Positions 6,751-10,029 of a stretch of 10,029 bases of DNA are shown one piece after another. Source of the stretch: Thermoproteota archaeon (lineage in GTDB: Archaea; Thermoproteota; EX4484-205; JAAOZP01); assembly GCA_049700215.1 (NCBI GenBank), contig JBNAVT010000049.1, forward strand, positions 1 to 10,029. The letters run 5' to 3'. Position 1 is the first letter of the stretch, and every line of letters begins with the position of its first letter. The translations under genes were made by a program, and so were the position numbers. Under the pieces are notes generated by a model that worked only from the letters and a program-made list of their open reading frames with translations, did no database searches and had not been told where the DNA came from.

Positions 6751-6763
6751 GAAAAGCTTAAAG
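6751..6763 (+). promoter_or_regulatory. tRNA-Thr(GGT) promoter (BRE/TATA)
   Basis: GAAAAGCTTAAAG, about 25 nt upstream of the tRNA 5' end. Confidence 0.7.
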
Positions 6764-6786
6764 CCGACGGATAAGGAAAAACACCA

Positions 6787-6874
6787 GCCCTGGTAACTCA
6801 GTCTGGCCAGAGTGCCTCCTTGGTAGCACGTGCTGGAGAGGAGGATGTCACGGGTTCAAATCCCGTCCAGGGCT
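6787..6874 (+). tRNA. tRNA-Thr(GGT) with 13-nt intron at 37/38 (6826-6838)
   Basis: Acceptor GCCCTGG/CCAGGGC, discriminator U, D stem ACTC/GAGT, anticodon stem CCTCC/GGAGG with loop TT-GGT-A|A, T arm ACGGG-TTCAAAT-CCCGT. Relaxed BHB (TTGG:CTGG). Confidence 0.93.
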
Positions 6875-7190
6875 TGTTCTATATGGGTTTATGGGTTCGA
6901 ATCCTAACGAAGCTCGAATGCGTGCACTAGTTACGCTTAAAACGCCCTGGTTTGAATAATAGTGTGATGAACCATAAGCTTAGAAAGCGGTTCGTGGATT
7001 CGATGGAGTGTCTTCGCCAGATGGGCTTATCCCTGCTCCTTATTGGACAATAAAAATCTTTTCGAAACAAGGAAGGCTTACGCAGTTAAACCCGCATTTA
7101 CTCTTTTTCAATATATTGATTTTTACACGCTTGGAATTTAAACGAATATTTCGATTGGGCTCATACTAGCCTTATGATTCTATTTTTGGA

Positions 7191-7281
7191 AGCCTCGGGA
7201 GGGATTTGAACCCTCGGCTAACAGCTTCCCCGGCTCTTCTGCTTACAAGGCTGCCACTCTACCAGGCTGAGTTACCGAGGC
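7191..7281 (-). tRNA. tRNA-Thr(TGT) with 17-nt intron at 37/38 (7227-7243)
   Basis: Acceptor GCCTCGG/CCGAGGC, discriminator U, anticodon stem GCAGC/GCTGT with loop CT-TGT-A|A, T arm GAGGG-TTCAAAT-CCCTC. BHB with central helix CTTG:CGGG. Promoter CGAAAATGTTTTAAG upstream. Confidence 0.94.
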
Positions 7282-7322
7282 TTAACCAAGATTGTTCCAA
7301 AGGGGCTTAAAACATTTTCGTC

Positions 7323-7609
7323 TACAATGCTGGAAACGAGGGGACTGGGAAAACGTTGACTGTTTTCCCGGATAAGACACCCCCAACGATAAGCGGTGAG
7401 CCCCGGCAACGTCGATATCACGGTCGTTCAAAGATGCTTGACGTACAGACTATTTCATCATATTCTACGGGGCGATCGTGTTATTCGCAATACTCTCGGC
7501 ACGCGTTGTCCTACTCTTGAGGGGAAAACGCCTCCGCCGTAAGATTGTTCTAGTATTCCTCCGGAGAAAAACCTTACGAATGCTAAAAGTGTGTACGCGT
7601 GTTGATTGA
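7323..7609 (+). pseudogene. Decayed remnant of a membrane-anchored surface protein (Ig-like motif plus C-terminal TM helix and basic tail)
   Basis: One frame gives YNAGNEGTGKTLTVFPDKTPPTI. A shifted frame (7442-7609) gives TDYFIIFYGAIVLFAILSARVVLLLRGKRLRRK…*. No proper start, and stops lie immediately upstream of both segments. Confidence 0.55.
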
Positions 7610-7616
7610 GAGGAAA

Positions 7617-7690
7617 GGCCGCTGCCGAGATTCGAACTCGGACGAGTGGCTCCACAGGCCACCGCGCTGCCTGGTTACGCTACAGCGGCC
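7617..7690 (-). tRNA. tRNA-His(GTG), intronless, genomically encoded G-1
   Basis: G(-1)-GCCGCTG/CAGCGGC-C73, anticodon arm GTGGC-CTGTGGA-GCCAC, T arm CCGAG-TTCGAAT-CTCGG. Promoter TAAAAGTTTAAAAC upstream. Confidence 0.96.
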
Positions 7691-7786
7691 GTTTAATACG
7701 GGTTCTCGTTAAACGGGTTTTACGGTGTTTTAAACTTTTAGCTCTCCCACTCTCCGCTCACCCAGTAGTCTGGATGGATTGGCTTA

Positions 7787-7806
7787 GGGGAAAACATTAT
7801 ATATCG
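7787..7806 (+). promoter_or_regulatory. tRNA-Ala promoter (BRE/TATA)
   Basis: GGGGAAAACATTATATATCG, about 25 nt upstream of the tRNA. Confidence 0.7.
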
Positions 7807-7826
7807 TGATGGAAAACTATTCGCCG

Positions 7827-7913
7827 GGGCCGGTAGTTCAGTGGTAGAATGTCCGACTTGCACTCGGAATGGGTGACCCCGAAGGGTCGTGGGTTCGAGT
7901 CCCACCCGGTCCA
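7827..7913 (+). tRNA. tRNA-Ala(TGC) with non-canonical 15-nt intron at 44/45 (7870-7884)
   Basis: Acceptor GGGCCGG/CCGGTCC with G3:U70, A73, anticodon arm TCCGA-CTTGCAC-TCGGA, T arm GTGGG-TTCGAGT-CCCAC. Removing TGGGTGACCCCGAAG restores variable loop AGGTC. Followed by a T-run. Confidence 0.93.
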
Positions 7914-7987
7914 TTTTTCGAGGATTATTTTTCACTGTCTGAACACTCTTCGAATCGTGAGGGATGCTTAACCTTTTTCTCTTTCAA

Positions 7988-8902
7988 CTAGCTTATTTGG
8001 AAGGCTCGAGCAGGGTTCTTGACTAAAACCTCTTCCACCAGGCTCCGGCTGAACCCTTCCCTCAGCATGAGGGGGATGAAATGCTTCACCAGGTAGCTGT
8101 ACGGCCTGATAACGCCTCCCCTGTTCTCGCCCACGTTGTACCATCCTGCATCCTGAGACAGGAGAAGCCTGCTGCTGAAACCGTTCTCAACCACGAGCCG
8201 TATCAGGTTTAAAGCTTTAGCCGACGTGGCTTCACTAATGCCGTCGTATTCAACCCACGCGCCCCGCCTCAGTATTTCGAGATGATAATTCCAATCCTCC
8301 TCGGAGTCACAGTGCGCGACTATCACCTTGGCGGGGTCAAGACCCTCCTCGCTGGTTATGTTCAAAAGGTCCATCGCCGCCACGCCGCTGGCGGTGTGGC
8401 AGACTATCGCAGCTCCAGTCGATAGGCTGCATCTTGCAGCCGCCCTCACGATTTTCTGCTGTATCGGGATTATGCGACCCGGGTTCACGGCGATCTTCAC
8501 GAATCCTGCTTTAACGAATGTCCCCTCGATTCCTTCCTCGACCTCGCTGATCCACATGCCGGCCAACTGTTCAACCGGCTGTTCAAAAGCATACTTGGGA
8601 AGGAAGGGCTCCTTGTAAAGGCCAGTGTTGGTTAGAATATGGATGCCTGAAGCCTTCGAAAGCCTGGCGAGCAGCAGCGGGTCTCTCCCGATGAACGCGG
8701 GAGTACAGTCTACGAATCCTGAAACGCCAAGCTGCTTAACCTCGTTCAAGTATGGCAGCATAACGTTGAAGACCTCCAGGGGGTCATAGCGGTCCCTACT
8801 AACCCTTTCTGCCCCTATGAAATCACAGAGTATGTGCTCATGCACCAGTGTTAGCCCAAGCTCGTCGGGGTGGATGTCTCCCAACACTGTCCGTATCTTC
8901 AC
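7988..8902 (-). CDS. Phosphotriesterase-family (PTE/PHP-like) amidohydrolase / lactonase; start probably GTG 8902, ORF open to 9007
   Basis: IRTVLGDI…LGLTLVHEHI (HxH), VDCTP…GRD, GFVK (bridging Lys), CHT, AHCD and LLLSQDAG metal-ligand motifs, ending LVKNPARAF. Confidence 0.92.
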   Translation of the reverse strand: MKIRTVLGDIHPDELGLTLVHEHILCDFIGAERVSRDRYDPLEVFNVMLPYLNEVKQLGVSGFVDCTPAFIGRDPLLLARLSKASGIHILTNTGLYKEPFLPKYAFEQPVEQLAGMWISEVEEGIEGTFVKAGFVKIAVNPGRIIPIQQKIVRAAARCSLSTGAAIVCHTASGVAAMDLLNITSEEGLDPAKVIVAHCDSEEDWNYHLEILRRGAWVEYDGISEATSAKALNLIRLVVENGFSSRLLLSQDAGWYNVGENRGGVIRPYSYLVKHFIPLMLREGFSRSLVEEVLVKNPARAFQIS

Positions 8903-9060
8903 GGGACATTTGTGGCGGCTAGAGGGGTAATTAGACTTTAGGGTTGATGGGGAGGGTGGAGCCAGTCTGCAGCCAGCCTGGTTTTCCACTGGAGAAGAAT
9001 CTTTCAAAGACCTCTGCCGGAAGCGGTTCCCCCAGGCCTTTTAAACAGTCGCCAGCCGTT

Positions 9061-9078
9061 AGAAATGCTTAAATAAGC
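9061..9078 (+). promoter_or_regulatory. rRNA promoter (BRE/TATA)
   Basis: AGAAATGCTTAAATAAGC, about 180 nt upstream of the 16S 5' end and followed by a structured leader. Confidence 0.7.
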
Positions 9079-9251
9079 GTCTGGTTCAATATACTCCGGA
9101 TCCACACTGGAACGGCGTGCCCCTCGGACGCTGGTGCAAAACCAGGTATGATAAGGGGGCTCCACGTGTGGATACACGATGTTGAGGACTCGAAAGAGTC
9201 TGATGCTGTTGAACATGTAAGGAAAGTCCACCGTCCAAGACCGTAACTCCC

Positions 9252-10029
<778 letters not shown>

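Noticed and set aside
6815-6844. Reading the 6787 tRNA as Pro(TGG)
   Set aside because: The CCTCC/GGAGG stem register places GGT at 34-36, and the U73 discriminator and similarity to the neighbouring tRNA-Thr(TGT) support Thr.
7458-7935. ORFs overlapping tRNA-His and tRNA-Ala
   Set aside because: They overlap well-supported tRNA genes and have no protein features.
9175-9215. Hammerhead ribozyme in the rRNA leader (CTGATG and GAAA)
   Set aside because: The CUGANGA core is incomplete (CTGATGC), and the GAAA is a tetraloop rather than a junction strand.

Overview
Archaeal chromosomal segment, most consistent with a thermophilic TACK/Thermoproteota lineage (Cdv/ESCRT genes, BHB tRNA introns, tRNAs without encoded CCA, free-standing tRNA-Ala, GC-rich 16S). 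From left to right: a 692-bp internally deleted IS200/IS605-family element (71-762) carrying only the 3' half of tnpB, inserted into the last codons of gatA; gatA and gatC; an ESCRT-III gene (CdvB1/2-like); a Vps4/CdvC ATPase; a winged-helix ESCRT-III gene (CdvB); rpiA; a helical hypothetical protein; an AT-rich structured intergenic region; four tRNA genes (Thr-GGT and Thr-TGT with 37/38 introns, His-GTG with encoded G-1, Ala-TGC with a non-canonical 44/45 intron) with a decayed surface-protein remnant among them; a phosphotriesterase-family gene; and the promoter, leader and 5' half of a 16S rRNA gene. The most striking observation is the IS. Both ends can be resolved to the base, its left-end hairpin supplies a new gatA stop codon, precise excision restores the native GatA C-terminus (…ETGFTRWLTIPG*), and the predicted TnpB guide targets the IS-free gatA allele.
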